A stretch of DNA of 64,000 nt, from the IMG/VR virus record IMGVR_UViG_3300047550_002723, positions 10,982 through 74,981 of that record. One strand, given 5' to 3'. The notes beneath the pieces were generated by a model. That model did no database searches. It saw only the letters and a program-made list of their open reading frames with translations, and had not been told where the DNA came from. This document shows positions 8,226 through 18,074 of the stretch, piece by piece (the stretch's first letter is position 1; each line of letters opens with the position of its first letter). This stretch comes from a virus. The position numbers and the translations under genes were made by a program.

Positions 8226-8381
8226 ATGTCTCTTATTTCCCAGCGTGACAGAGAAGTTGCTCTTGAAGCACTTGATTTTTATCTTTTTAATAAAACTGAA
8301 GATTTCACTGAAGAAAAAAGGATGGAATTGAATGCCCTAATTAATTGGATCAAACTGGAATACACCAAGAATGAAAATTAA
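8226..8381 (+). CDS. Small hypothetical protein (51 aa)
   Basis: Manual translation MSLISQRDREVALEALDFY...; follows a promoter. Confidence 0.5.
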   Translation: MSLISQRDREVALEALDFYLFNKTEDFTEEKRMELNALINWIKLEYTKNEN

Positions 8382-8535
8382 TTTGTGGTATTGTGTTGAT
8401 ATGAATCAATGGCGTTGGACACTTACGGATAGTTCAAGACCAATTCGTAAACAAGAATCAGGTCAAAGAGAAAATCTTCGGGATGCTATGAATGATGTAG
8501 CAAATACTGTAGAATATATGATGACCAAGATTTAA
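8371..8535 (+). CDS. Small hypothetical protein (54 aa)
   Basis: Manual translation MKINLWYCVDMNQWRWTL... Confidence 0.5.
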   Translation: MKINLWYCVDMNQWRWTLTDSSRPIRKQESGQRENLRDAMNDVANTVEYMMTKI

Positions 8536-8541
8536 TTTCTT

Positions 8542-8614
8542 GGGCGATTAACTCAGCGGTTAGAGTGTCTGCTTTACACGCAGAAAGTCCGCAGTTCGAA
8601 TCTGCGATTGCCCA
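8542..8614 (+). tRNA. tRNA-Val(UAC)
   Basis: GGGCGAT/ATTGCCC, TCTGC-TT-TAC-AC-GCAGA. Confidence 0.9.
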
Positions 8615-8641
8615 TTATAAATAATTTGAAAAAGAAGTGTA

Positions 8642-9076
8642 ATGGAATCTCTATATAAACTTCTGAGTGATACGCAAGCATCACTCTTTTTGCTGTTTCA
8701 AAAAACTTGGGTCTATCACTGGCACATTGTTGGTGAAGATTTTAAACAAATTCATGATTTATTTGGTGAGCAGTATCTTGCCATTCAAGAAGAGATCGAT
8801 AGACTCTCTGAACATATGAGATTCTTAGGTATCAAACCCATTAGTTCTTTATCGAGAGTATTGGAAGTTTCTGGAGTTTCAGAAGCAAAAACTAACATTT
8901 CTTCAATAGAAATGATTCGTGATCTTTTGGAAGATCATAAAAAAGTAATTACTATGCTTGACTCTGCTGCCATTGAAGCAGAAGAACAAAAATCAAGAGG
9001 CACGATTAATCTTCTTGATGATTTAAACGAAGCACATGGAAAATTTGTTTGGATGTTAAGATCATTTACTGAATAA
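8642..9076 (+). CDS. dps: Dps family ferritin-like DNA-protection protein
   Basis: YHWHIVGEDFKQIHDLFGEQY...EIDRLSEHMRFLG ferroxidase motif, C-terminal WMLRS. Confidence 0.9.
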   Translation: MESLYKLLSDTQASLFLLFQKTWVYHWHIVGEDFKQIHDLFGEQYLAIQEEIDRLSEHMRFLGIKPISSLSRVLEVSGVSEAKTNISSIEMIRDLLEDHKKVITMLDSAAIEAEEQKSRGTINLLDDLNEAHGKFVWMLRSFTE

Positions 9077-9093
9077 AACTATCTTATAATACA

Positions 9094-9351
9094 ATGGAAA
9101 ATTTAAGAATCAGATGTCGTTCCTGTGGTAAGGAAATCGAAGGGCATCATAGTAAAACTGTATCATGCGGTTGTCCTAATATGGCAACTATTCGTGGTGA
9201 TAAGATTTCGGCAGTTGACTTATCTAATGTTGTTATGCTAAACTCTTATCATAATAAAACGAAGACTGGTGTTCTTACTAATGAAGATCTTGCATTTCAA
9301 GAATCAAGGCGTCAAAGAAAAGTAAGAAGACTAGACTTTGAAGTCCGTTGA
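9094..9351 (+). CDS. Hypothetical Zn-ribbon protein
   Basis: CRSC...CGC motifs. Confidence 0.6.
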   Translation: MENLRIRCRSCGKEIEGHHSKTVSCGCPNMATIRGDKISAVDLSNVVMLNSYHNKTKTGVLTNEDLAFQESRRQRKVRRLDFEVR

Positions 9352-9362
9352 GGACTTTTATT

Positions 9363-9445
9363 GGAGAGAGTCCGGTTGGTCGAGGACACCGCCTTGAAAG
9401 CGGCTGGGTTTAAAAGCTTCGCAGGTTCGATTCCTGTTCTCTCCG
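9363..9445 (+). tRNA. tRNA-Ser(UGA)
   Basis: GGAGAGA/TCTCTCC, loop CT-TGA-AA, long variable arm. Confidence 0.9.
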
Positions 9446-9558
9446 TTTAAGAATTGCAACAAAATTTAAGATTGTCTTAAACACTTTCTTGAAATCAACA
9501 CATAGTTGACATAGTAGAATTACTCACTAGCATAACTAGTAGTATTCACCTCAAACTT

Positions 9559-9708
9559 ATGGATCAACACACCTACGATAATTGGGTGAAGATCAAGGAA
9601 ACTTTCGAAGCTTCTGGAAATCTAGATAATATGTTTTATAAGAGAGCAGTTGAAATTGTAAAAACCCGAAGAGATCCCCTAGCAAAGTTTCTTGGAGATG
9701 AAAAATGA
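9559..9708 (+). CDS. Small hypothetical protein (49 aa)
   Basis: Manual translation MDQHTYDNWVKIKETFEASG... Confidence 0.5.
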   Translation: MDQHTYDNWVKIKETFEASGNLDNMFYKRAVEIVKTRRDPLAKFLGDEK

Positions 9709-9911
9709 TGGAACCCTTTGATGATGATTATGTGACTCGCACCGAAGTTCAGGAGATGATCGATGCAGCAATACGACAACACAACCGTAATGCTTCTATC
9801 ATTAGTATGTGCGTCGGTTGGGTGGTTCTTGCTTTATTTGCTGAGGGACTTTTGAGACTTGTAGGAGTGATTCCACCACTACTTCCTTTTCTTAAAATTA
9901 CATTGAACTAA
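9705..9911 (+). CDS. Small membrane protein
   Basis: C-terminal hydrophobic helix. Confidence 0.55.
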   Translation: MMEPFDDDYVTRTEVQEMIDAAIRQHNRNASIISMCVGWVVLALFAEGLLRLVGVIPPLLPFLKITLN

Positions 9912-10089
9912 TGGTATCAATTACAGAAGAAGATTTAAAAGAATTACAAAGAATAGTTTTACAGCAGAAGATAGACGAATTATTTGAAGAACCATCTACT
10001 TACGAGGATGAAGAAGATGAGTAGCACAATCTTTAAAGCAATCTGTATTTTTAGTCTCATAGCAATTTTTATAAATTGGGGACTTCACA

Positions 10090-10287
10090 ATGCCTATCCA
10101 CAATAAGAAGTATCAGTTTGCAATGTCTGCTTTTGTAAGAATGTACGGGCATGGTGTGAATTATAATCATGATATCAGGCAGTTTTGTATAGAATGGTCT
10201 GAGTGGGATGTAAGTGTTCCTTTATCAGGTCTTGATGAGGTAGATCAATATTTTTACTATGAATATAAGAATTGGAGAGGAAGATGA
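10090..10287 (+). CDS. Hypothetical protein
   Basis: 65-aa ORF in a run of small early genes. Confidence 0.5.
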   Translation: MPIHNKKYQFAMSAFVRMYGHGVNYNHDIRQFCIEWSEWDVSVPLSGLDEVDQYFYYEYKNWRGR

Positions 10288-10408
10288 TTTTTCACATCGT
10301 AGAAACACTCGCAGCAAGTCCAGTCTGGTTGGGACTTTGTGGTGCAGGATTGACAATCTTACCCTTTATGGGTATAATGCTTATACACCGAACTAAATAA
10401 CGGTGTAT

Positions 10409-10484
10409 CCGGATATCGCCTAACTTGGTCATGGCACCTGCTTTGGGAGCAGGAATAATTTCAGTTCAAATCTGAATATCCGGA
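10409..10484 (+). tRNA. tRNA-Pro(UGG)
   Basis: CCGGATA/TATCCGG, CCTGC-TT-TGG-GA-GCAGG, TTCAAAT. Confidence 0.88.
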
Positions 10485-10560
10485 CTTGCCAGTTTCTTCA
10501 CTGGCACACTTGACTAAACACTCAACAACCCTTATAATACTAAGGCAACAAATCAAAACA

Positions 10561-10773
10561 ATGTCTCTGATTCAAAAATTCAAAAAAGATGTTAGCACTC
10601 TTCGTCTTGCTGCTAACGGGGAAATCTATCTTGATGTAAAGAGTCCGAAACTTTATAAAAAGGTACGTCGTTTTTATGAAAACGAAGGAGTAGTATTTTC
10701 TGGTGACCCCCTTGACGACTACGAAATGCTTATGGAGTATGTCGCCAGTGATCTTGAGGCAGTTGAAGTCTGA
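10561..10773 (+). CDS. Hypothetical protein
   Basis: ATG at 10561, downstream of a TTGACT-17-TATAAT promoter. Confidence 0.6.
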   Translation: MSLIQKFKKDVSTLRLAANGEIYLDVKSPKLYKKVRRFYENEGVVFSGDPLDDYEMLMEYVASDLEAVEV

Positions 10774-11039
10774 TGAAAGTGGTGAAAAAACCAACCGTTC
10801 TTATGGAACGGTTTCCTTATCGTTATATTCAGGTCGGTACTTTGGAAATCAATGGAAAACCTGACTGTCGCATTCAAAAAGTAGATTCTTATACTGGTAG
10901 ATATCGTGATATGTATCTCTGCGATAATGAGATGCAACTTATGACTGCTATGGAAGATTTTGAATATACTCTCTGGTTAGATGACCAACCATGTTACATA
11001 GATATGAGGGAGAATATCGGAGTATCTCATTATAAATAA
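10773..11039 (+). CDS. Hypothetical protein
   Basis: Coupled to the upstream ORF (TGATG). Confidence 0.6.
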   Translation: MKVVKKPTVLMERFPYRYIQVGTLEINGKPDCRIQKVDSYTGRYRDMYLCDNEMQLMTAMEDFEYTLWLDDQPCYIDMRENIGVSHYK

Positions 11040-11058
11040 CCAGAGATACTCCAATAAA

Positions 11059-11565
11059 ATGCCATATAAAAACAAAGAAGATGCTGCAGCGCAAAAGAGA
11101 CGATGGAGATTAGCTAATCCTGAAAAAGTATCTGAATCTCAACGAAGATATAGGGAAAATAACCCATACAAATATGCTGATAAAAGAACAAAAGAACAGC
11201 ATAAAATAAAAAATAGTCTTCAAAGAGAGAAAAGAAAAACTATTCTTTTTGAACATCTTGGCAATAAATGCTGTAAGTGTGGTTCTACAAAAAATCTAGA
11301 ACTAGATCATATCAATCCTCTTCTTAAAACTACTAGACAATCTATTTTGTCCGTTGGTCTTGAGAGAGCACTTGAAGAATGTGATAACATTCAACTTCTG
11401 TGTAAAGAGTGTCATACTAGAAAAAGTCAGGCACAGAAAAAAGCGGCATATTATCTCTTTTATAATATGCCGCTAGAAGAGCAAGAAAAGTGGATTGAAA
11501 AGTTTATAGATCATAAAGGTTTTATAGATAGATTAAGTCCTCTAAAAGACACGGATGGTCTATAA
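11059..11565 (+). CDS. Free-standing HNH endonuclease (probable homing endonuclease)
   Basis: Basic N-terminus, CCKCGSTKNLELDHINP...NIQLLCKECHTRKS. Confidence 0.85.
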   Translation: MPYKNKEDAAAQKRRWRLANPEKVSESQRRYRENNPYKYADKRTKEQHKIKNSLQREKRKTILFEHLGNKCCKCGSTKNLELDHINPLLKTTRQSILSVGLERALEECDNIQLLCKECHTRKSQAQKKAAYYLFYNMPLEEQEKWIEKFIDHKGFIDRLSPLKDTDGL

Positions 11566-11960
11566 CAGCACTGGTCGGTGATGAAATCCCCCTTAACAAA
11601 AAACACCGATGTAATGCGTTACATTGGTAATATTCTTCTCCTCTCAGGATACTTTGTCCTTCTATGGGGAGATCCAAAAACTGGATTGCTTATAAAGTGT
11701 ATTGGAAATGTTTTTGTCATTCCTTTTGCTATCAAGTATAAGTTTTGGGACATTCTTATATTATGTGGTTTTTATGCTGCAATTGAAGTTCCAAAATTAA
11801 TTCAACTAACCTTTCCTAATTTGTTTATAAATTAGGTGGTGGAGTCAATGACCCATTGAGTTTCCAATCTCTCTTTAAAGGATTGGTGGTGCGGATGGGG
11901 TTATCCCGCCTGGTTTCTAATTTCCAGTCAAAGAATTGGTGGCGTGCATGGCGAACCTAA
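11547..11960 (+). ncRNA. Cyanophage manA/wcaG-type structured RNA, apparently split by a small ORF (5' part 11547-11595, 3' part 11832-11960)
   Basis: Hairpin GAC-ACGGATG-GTC, repeated TGGYG motifs, two tandem pseudoknot-like units; upstream of sugar-nucleotide genes; family assignment from memory only. Confidence 0.55.
11614..11835 (+). CDS. Small multi-TM membrane protein
   Basis: Three short hydrophobic segments. Confidence 0.55.
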   Translation: MRYIGNILLLSGYFVLLWGDPKTGLLIKCIGNVFVIPFAIKYKFWDILILCGFYAAIEVPKLIQLTFPNLFIN

Positions 11961-11964
11961 TATT

Positions 11965-12002
11965 AAAGGTGGGTTGCATAAACCCACCTTTTTTAGTATA
12001 AT
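11965..12002 (+). terminator. Intrinsic terminator overlapping an early promoter
   Basis: AAAGGTGGGTT/AACCCACCTTT stem plus T run; TTGCAT-17-TATAAT. Confidence 0.75.
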
Positions 12003-12025
12003 AACTAGATATCAAATCATACCTT

Positions 12026-12850
12026 ATGAATTTACATTTGACCTATTTTGGAGACAGTAATTTCTCCATAGGTAAGAATAGAATCAGAAAGCAAGCAGAA
12101 AACTTTGAAGTCTTTGAAACAATTCAGGAGTTTGGGGAATCTGACTTGGAGGATAATCTATTTTGGGAGCAATATGCAAAACCAATGATGAATCCTCGTG
12201 TAGGAATGCCTAGAAGGTATTATGGATATTATGCGTGTAAACCTTACTTTATTCTCAAAGCACTAGAAAATATTCCCGAAGATGATGTGCTTCTTTATGT
12301 TGATTCTGGGTGTGAGTTGAATAAAAACGGTTTAGAGAAACTGAAACAATATTATGAAGAGTGTCTCGAAACTCAGGGAGTCTTCTTTACTTTAGATCTT
12401 CCAGAAATTCAGTGGACAAAGATGGATACCTATCGCTATATTGTTGGAGACAATGATGAATACCTAATGACCCGACAAGTTATTTCCGGTATCTTTTTCC
12501 TGAAGAATACACCTATGATTCGTGAGTTAGTTCAGAAATGGACTGATGTTTGTGTTGAAGATAGTGGAAGATATCTTGATGATAGTCCTTCAATTCTTCC
12601 AAATCATGAAATTTTTAGAGAGAATAGACATGACCAATCTATTTGGTCTTTACTATTGAAGAAAAAGTCAGAAACACATGACTTTACATTTCATGATGAT
12701 GATACTTATGAAACTATTTGGAACTCTGCAGGAATGTCAGGAGTGCCTGTAGGACAGCAACAAGCACAAATTTGGAATACCTACGGTAGAGAGTATCCAA
12801 TCTGGGCAACTAGAAGCGGTCAAATAGACTTTACAAATTGTGAGGTATGA
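12026..12850 (+). CDS. Putative glycosyltransferase-like protein (GT-A type)
   Basis: KPYFI..., LLYVDSGC, HRHDQS-like ENRHDQSIWS; in sugar island. Confidence 0.55.
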   Translation: MNLHLTYFGDSNFSIGKNRIRKQAENFEVFETIQEFGESDLEDNLFWEQYAKPMMNPRVGMPRRYYGYYACKPYFILKALENIPEDDVLLYVDSGCELNKNGLEKLKQYYEECLETQGVFFTLDLPEIQWTKMDTYRYIVGDNDEYLMTRQVISGIFFLKNTPMIRELVQKWTDVCVEDSGRYLDDSPSILPNHEIFRENRHDQSIWSLLLKKKSETHDFTFHDDDTYETIWNSAGMSGVPVGQQQAQIWNTYGREYPIWATRSGQIDFTNCEV

Positions 12851-13188
12851 AGGAAAGATTTGAGAGACCTTGGGGTTGGTATGAAAATCTCAAAGAAGAG
12901 ACTGGATATAAAGTAAAGAGACTTTATGTGCAACCAAATCAAAAGATATCTTTACAATATCACAATCATAGAGATGAGCATTGGGTTGTAGTGTCTGGTG
13001 ATGGAATATTAGAATTAAACAAAGACAATAAAAATTTAAAAGTTGGAGATCATATTCTTATACCAGTTTTGTCTAAACATCGAATTACTGGTGGAAACAG
13101 TGGTATAATAATTATAGAAGTTCAACTCGGAAAAATCTGCAATGAAGAAGACATTGTTAGAATTGAAGACGCATACGGAAGGATTTAA
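12847..13188 (+). CDS. Cupin, type II mannose-6-phosphate isomerase C-terminal domain
   Basis: ERPWGWY, SLQYHNHRDEHWVVV, IEVQLG...EEDIVRIEDAYGR. Confidence 0.85.
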   Translation: MKERFERPWGWYENLKEETGYKVKRLYVQPNQKISLQYHNHRDEHWVVVSGDGILELNKDNKNLKVGDHILIPVLSKHRITGGNSGIIIIEVQLGKICNEEDIVRIEDAYGRI

Positions 13189-13191
13189 CTC

Positions 13192-14193
13192 ATGAAAAAA
13201 GCATTAATTACAGGAATTACAGGTCAAGATGGGTCGTATCTCGCAGAATTACTACTTGAAAAAGGTTATGAAGTTCATGGCATTGTCAGACGAGCATCCC
13301 TTATTAATACTGATCGTATTGACCATATCTATGATTCTATTACTCTCCATTACGGTGACCTTACTGATTCTACCAATCTTGTAAGAATCATTCAGATTGT
13401 GCAACCAGATGAAATTTATAATCTTGGTGCTCAAAGTCATGTGAAGGTTTCTTTTGAGATACCTGAATATACTGGACAGGTAGATGCTTTAGGAACACTG
13501 CGTATTCTAGAAGCAGTGCGTCTTTTGGGTATGGAAAAGAATGTCCGTATCTATCAAGCATCAACTAGTGAATTATATGGATTAGTGCAGGAGATTCCGC
13601 AAAGAGAAACCACACCATTCTATCCTCGCTCGCCCTATGGTTGTGCAAAGATTTATGGATACTGGATTACAAAAAATTACCGAGAGTCTTATGGGATGTA
13701 TGCCTGCACAGGTATTCTTTTTAATCATGAATCCCCTCGTCGCGGTGAGACATTTGTTACTCGTAAAATCACCCGCGCTCTCTCAAGAATATCTACAGGA
13801 CAGCAAAAGATTCTTGAGTTGGGAAATTTGAATGCAAAAAGAGACTGGGGGCACGCAAAAGACTTTGTGGAGGCGATGTGGTTGATGTTGCAGCAAGAAA
13901 CTCCAGATGATTTTGTAATTGCAACTGGAGAGCAATACTCTGTGCGTGAGTTTGTAGAAGAAGCAGCACCTTACTTTGGTATGAAAATTGTCTGGGAAGG
14001 TGAAGGTTTGAATGAAGTTGGTATTGATAAAAATACTGGAAAAACGATTGTCAGAGTCAACCCTAAATATTTCCGACCTGCTGAAGTAGAGACTTTGTTA
14101 GGTGATGCCACAAAGGCTAAAGAAAAATTAGGTTGGACACCTAAAACTTCTTTCAAACAATTAGTTGAGGATATGTGCATTTATGGACAGTGA
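13192..14193 (+). CDS. gmd: GDP-mannose 4,6-dehydratase
   Basis: [48 protein letters not shown]. Confidence 0.95.
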   Translation: MKKALITGITGQDGSYLAELLLEKGYEVHGIVRRASLINTDRIDHIYDSITLHYGDLTDSTNLVRIIQIVQPDEIYNLGAQSHVKVSFEIPEYTGQVDALGTLRILEAVRLLGMEKNVRIYQASTSELYGLVQEIPQRETTPFYPRSPYGCAKIYGYWITKNYRESYGMYACTGILFNHESPRRGETFVTRKITRALSRISTGQQKILELGNLNAKRDWGHAKDFVEAMWLMLQQETPDDFVIATGEQYSVREFVEEAAPYFGMKIVWEGEGLNEVGIDKNTGKTIVRVNPKYFRPAEVETLLGDATKAKEKLGWTPKTSFKQLVEDMCIYGQ

Positions 14194-15127
14194 TTCTAAG
14201 ATTTTTATTGCAGGGCATAGAGGTCTTGTAGGGTCTGCAATTTCTAGACATCTAACATCTAATGGTTATACAAATCTTTTGACTCGCTCTAGAGCACAAT
14301 TGGATTTGAGAATTCAAAAAGATGTTGATGAATTCTTTGCTGTAGAAAGACCTGAATATGTTTTTCTTGGTGCAGCAAAGGTAGGTGGTATTGGTTACAA
14401 TAAAGCAATTCCTGCAGACTTTATTCGTGAAAATTTGCAGATTCAAACTAATGTAATTGATGCAGCATATCGTAATGGATGTAAGAAGTTGCTCTTCTTA
14501 GGATCTGCTTGTATCTATCCGAAACATGCTCCAGTGCCAATCAAAGAGGAGTATTTGATGACTGGACCACTTGAAGAAACAAACATCTCATATTCACTAG
14601 CAAAAATTGCTGGATATATGATGTGTAAAAAGTATACAGAGCAGTATGGATTCCCAACTGTATCTGTGATGCCCAATAATCTTTATGGAATCAATGATAA
14701 TTTCATTCTTGAGCAGTGTCATGTGATTCCAAGTTTTATTAATAAGTTTGTTACCGCAAAAGATTCTGGTGCTGAAAGTGTAGTTTGCTTTGGTGATGGA
14801 AGTCCTACTAGAGAGTTTCTCTTCTCTGATGACCTTGCAGATGGTCTTGTTTTTCTGATGAATAATTATGAAGACCCAGAAATTATTAATATTGGTCCTG
14901 AAAGAGAAGTAAGTATTAAAGAACTTTCTGAAATCGTTTCAAGACTTGTTGAGTATAATGGTGAATTAATTTGGGATACAAGTAAACCAAATGGCACTCC
15001 ACGCAGAGCACTTGATACTTCAAAGATGACTTCTTTGGGATGGAAAGCAAAAACTTCTCTTGAAGATGGGCTAAAAACTACTATTGATTGGTTTCTAAAA
15101 AATAGGAGTAACTATGTCAGACTATAA
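14183..15127 (+). CDS. fcl: GDP-L-fucose synthase / GDP-colitose synthase (Fcl/WcaG/ColC family)
   Basis: [43 protein letters not shown]. Confidence 0.85.
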   Translation: MDSDSKIFIAGHRGLVGSAISRHLTSNGYTNLLTRSRAQLDLRIQKDVDEFFAVERPEYVFLGAAKVGGIGYNKAIPADFIRENLQIQTNVIDAAYRNGCKKLLFLGSACIYPKHAPVPIKEEYLMTGPLEETNISYSLAKIAGYMMCKKYTEQYGFPTVSVMPNNLYGINDNFILEQCHVIPSFINKFVTAKDSGAESVVCFGDGSPTREFLFSDDLADGLVFLMNNYEDPEIINIGPEREVSIKELSEIVSRLVEYNGELIWDTSKPNGTPRRALDTSKMTSLGWKAKTSLEDGLKTTIDWFLKNRSNYVRL

Positions 15128-16286
15128 GTGGCCACTTATGAAAAACTCTATCTCTCTTTGGGATAGATTTCAACTTGCCAAGTTTGTTTTAACTTCTGAT
15201 AAATTTACTCAGGGTGAAAATGTTGAGCGATTTGAGAATGAGTGGTCTAAGTGGTTAGGTTGTAGATATTCTTTATTTGTAACTTCTGGAAGCACTGCAA
15301 ACTTTTTGTTGGTTTCTTCTATCATAGAAAAGTATGGCTTAGAAAGGGGTGACAAAGTATTAGTCCCATCCTGCACTTGGGTTACAAATATTAATCCAAT
15401 TATTCAACTGGGACTTACTCCAATTTTTTGTGATGTAAATCTTGAAAATTATAGTTTTGATTTAGACAATCTTAAAATTATTTCTGAGTTACATCCTGAT
15501 ATTAAAATGGTATTTGTGACTCATCTGTTAGGAATTCCTGCTGAAATTAAAAAGTATCGCAAAATATTTCCTAATGCTTTGTTTATTGATGATGTTTGTG
15601 AGTCGCATGGATGTCTTGATAAGAGTGGAAATAAGATAGGTAAAACCAGTCTTGGTGCTACCTTTAGTTTTTACTTTGGACATCATATGTCAACCGTAGA
15701 AGGTGGTATGATTTCTACTGATAGTTGGGAATTATATGACTTAATGAAAATGAAAAGGTCTCATGGACTTGCAAGAGTATCAGATCAGTTTAAGTATTAT
15801 CAAAACCAAAATCCAGAAATAGAAAAGTCCTTTCTATTTGTAAGTGATGGGTATAATTTTAGAAACACTGAGTTTGGTGCAGTATTGGGATTATCTCAAC
15901 TCAAGAGATTAGATAAATTTATTGATAATAGGGATAAGACATATGCTAGGTTTGTAGAAATGATGTCCTCTTCAAAGAATAGAGACAATTTTTACCCAAT
16001 AGTGTATAATGAAGGAAACAGTTGTTTCTGCTTTCCTTTTATTTGTAAAACAAAAGAAATTAAGTCTAAACTTATTTCATTGTTAGATAAGTATAAAATT
16101 GAATATAGACCTGTGGTTGGTGGAAATCTTTTAAGGCAACCTTACCTTAAAAATTATTCTATCAGTGGAAAGACAGAAAACTTAAATGTAGATATTATCC
16201 ATGAAAATGGAATCTATATTGGAAACAATCAATTTGTTTCTAACAAAGATATGGACTTACTGGAAACTATTTTAGGAGAATTATGA
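15114..16286 (+). CDS. PLP-dependent DegT family enzyme, ColD-like GDP-4-keto-6-deoxymannose 3-dehydratase
   Basis: SGSTAN, DVCESHG, SFYFGHHMSTVEGG (His in place of the Schiff-base Lys); 390 aa; next to gmd/fcl. Confidence 0.75.
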   Translation: MSDYKWPLMKNSISLWDRFQLAKFVLTSDKFTQGENVERFENEWSKWLGCRYSLFVTSGSTANFLLVSSIIEKYGLERGDKVLVPSCTWVTNINPIIQLGLTPIFCDVNLENYSFDLDNLKIISELHPDIKMVFVTHLLGIPAEIKKYRKIFPNALFIDDVCESHGCLDKSGNKIGKTSLGATFSFYFGHHMSTVEGGMISTDSWELYDLMKMKRSHGLARVSDQFKYYQNQNPEIEKSFLFVSDGYNFRNTEFGAVLGLSQLKRLDKFIDNRDKTYARFVEMMSSSKNRDNFYPIVYNEGNSCFCFPFICKTKEIKSKLISLLDKYKIEYRPVVGGNLLRQPYLKNYSISGKTENLNVDIIHENGIYIGNNQFVSNKDMDLLETILGEL

Positions 16287-16627
16287 GCAAGTTTGCTGAT
16301 TTAATCGATCAATGTATCAAGGAAACTATTGATGAAGTACTTTCGCGTAGAGAACTTCCTGATGTTGAATACATTGAAACAGACAATCTTGGTGAAGTAA
16401 TTGAGAAACTTTCAATTCTTCACACTCGTATGTGGATGCTTGAGGATGCAATTCAGGAAGCAAAGACAGATACTGAAATTGCTGACTTGAAGCGTAAGAT
16501 TGATATTTGCTTTAAAGTGAAGCGTCCTCGTCTTGTGCAAGCAGTTAATCTTCTTGTGGATAATGCTATCGCAACAGGAAGAACTCTCCGCGAGGACTCT
16601 GTAAAACTTTACAAAGGAGTTGAGTGA
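16283..16627 (+). CDS. Hypothetical helical protein
   Basis: LGEVIEKLSILHTRMWMLED; coupled in operon. Confidence 0.55.
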   Translation: MSKFADLIDQCIKETIDEVLSRRELPDVEYIETDNLGEVIEKLSILHTRMWMLEDAIQEAKTDTEIADLKRKIDICFKVKRPRLVQAVNLLVDNAIATGRTLREDSVKLYKGVE

Positions 16628-17321
16628 TATGTCGCTCAAGTACATTCATCATCACTTGGGTCTTGGAGACCATATCATTTGTAATGGCATGGTCCGTCAT
16701 TTTTGTAAAAAATATGATAATATAGTGCTCTTTTGCTATACACATTACTATGATAATGTAAGTTATATGTATCGTGACCTAAGCAATCTAGAAATCTTTA
16801 ATTTTGATGTTGAGGAGGATGCTATAAGATTTGTTGAAAACAATAAGACTGTTAAAAACAATCTAATCAAACCTGGATTTGAGAATCTTGATAGTTGTTT
16901 GGATAGGATGACTTTTGATGAAGCATTTTATCATCTTGCTGGTCTTGATTTTCAAATTAGATTTGATGAGTTTTACTTTGAAAGAGACATAGAAAAGGAA
17001 GATGAAGTTTGTAAAACTTTAAATCCTGACGATGAAAAATATATCTTTGTTTTGGATGACCCAAAGAGAGGATATAATATTGATATGAGTAAGGTTACAG
17101 ATGAATATAAGGTAATTCGTAATGATTATCAATTCAAGATGTTTGATTATGTTAAACTACTTGAAAATGCCGAAGAGATTCACATGATGCAAACTGGATT
17201 TTTGGATATGGTTAACTCCTATAAAATGGATAAACCAAAAATCTACAGGCACAACTATGTTAGAAACTATCCAGAATCAATTCACTCTAAAGGTCTTAAT
17301 GAGGTAATTGGAATTGACTGA
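16620..17321 (+). CDS. Putative glycosyltransferase-related protein
   Basis: HHHLGLGDHIICNG motif; island context. Confidence 0.5.
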   Translation: MSDMSLKYIHHHLGLGDHIICNGMVRHFCKKYDNIVLFCYTHYYDNVSYMYRDLSNLEIFNFDVEEDAIRFVENNKTVKNNLIKPGFENLDSCLDRMTFDEAFYHLAGLDFQIRFDEFYFERDIEKEDEVCKTLNPDDEKYIFVLDDPKRGYNIDMSKVTDEYKVIRNDYQFKMFDYVKLLENAEEIHMMQTGFLDMVNSYKMDKPKIYRHNYVRNYPESIHSKGLNEVIGID

Positions 17322-18074
17322 AACTGGATACATATCATATTCTGATTCAAGATTCAACTACCCCTATAAGGGGTTTTGTTCTATTGTTTGTGGAATCATT
17401 GATATGGCTTTAGAGCATTATATTGTGAGTGGTAATTTCAATATTGAAGTATCAGAAAGTCAGACATTAAATTTGTTTGATAATATCTCACCAAAAACCA
17501 ATAAGAGTTATAATGTTGGGTCATGGTGGTTGGAAAGATATTTTTCAAATCAAACTTATCAGGGGGAATATAATGCTCATACTCCAGCAAACATAGATAA
17601 TCTAAAAATTAAGAATAAAGTTTACAATAATATTCTTAAGATTAAAGATGAGTATGTAGAAAAGTTTGAAAATAAGAGAATAGATTTAGAAATTGATGAA
17701 GATACATTGGGAGTTCAGATAAGAGGCACTGATAAAAAAGAAGAAATTCCAGAGATAAAAATTGAAAGTATCTTTAACCTAATTGATTCTAATGATAAAG
17801 AAAGGATATTTGTAGCAACAGACGACACTTGGATTGTTTGTTGAATAGATATGGTAGTAGAATCACTTATGATGACACTCTTCAAATTAGTAGTGGATCT
17901 CAATCAATTCATCACAATTGCTCAAATCGCTCTCAAGTAAATGAAGAAGTATTATCTAGCGTTTATTTACTTTCAAAGTGTAGTCACTTTTTGTATAGTT
18001 TTTCGAACGTTAGTTTACTGGCATTGATACTTGGAATAAATGATTTTCAATTCATCGATTACCTAAACAAATGA
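17308..18074 (+). pseudogene. NodZ/GT23-like fucosyltransferase split by a frameshift near 17827
   Basis: LGVQIRGTDK and IFVATDD in one frame; LSKCSHFLYSFSNVS in another overlapping frame. Confidence 0.6.
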
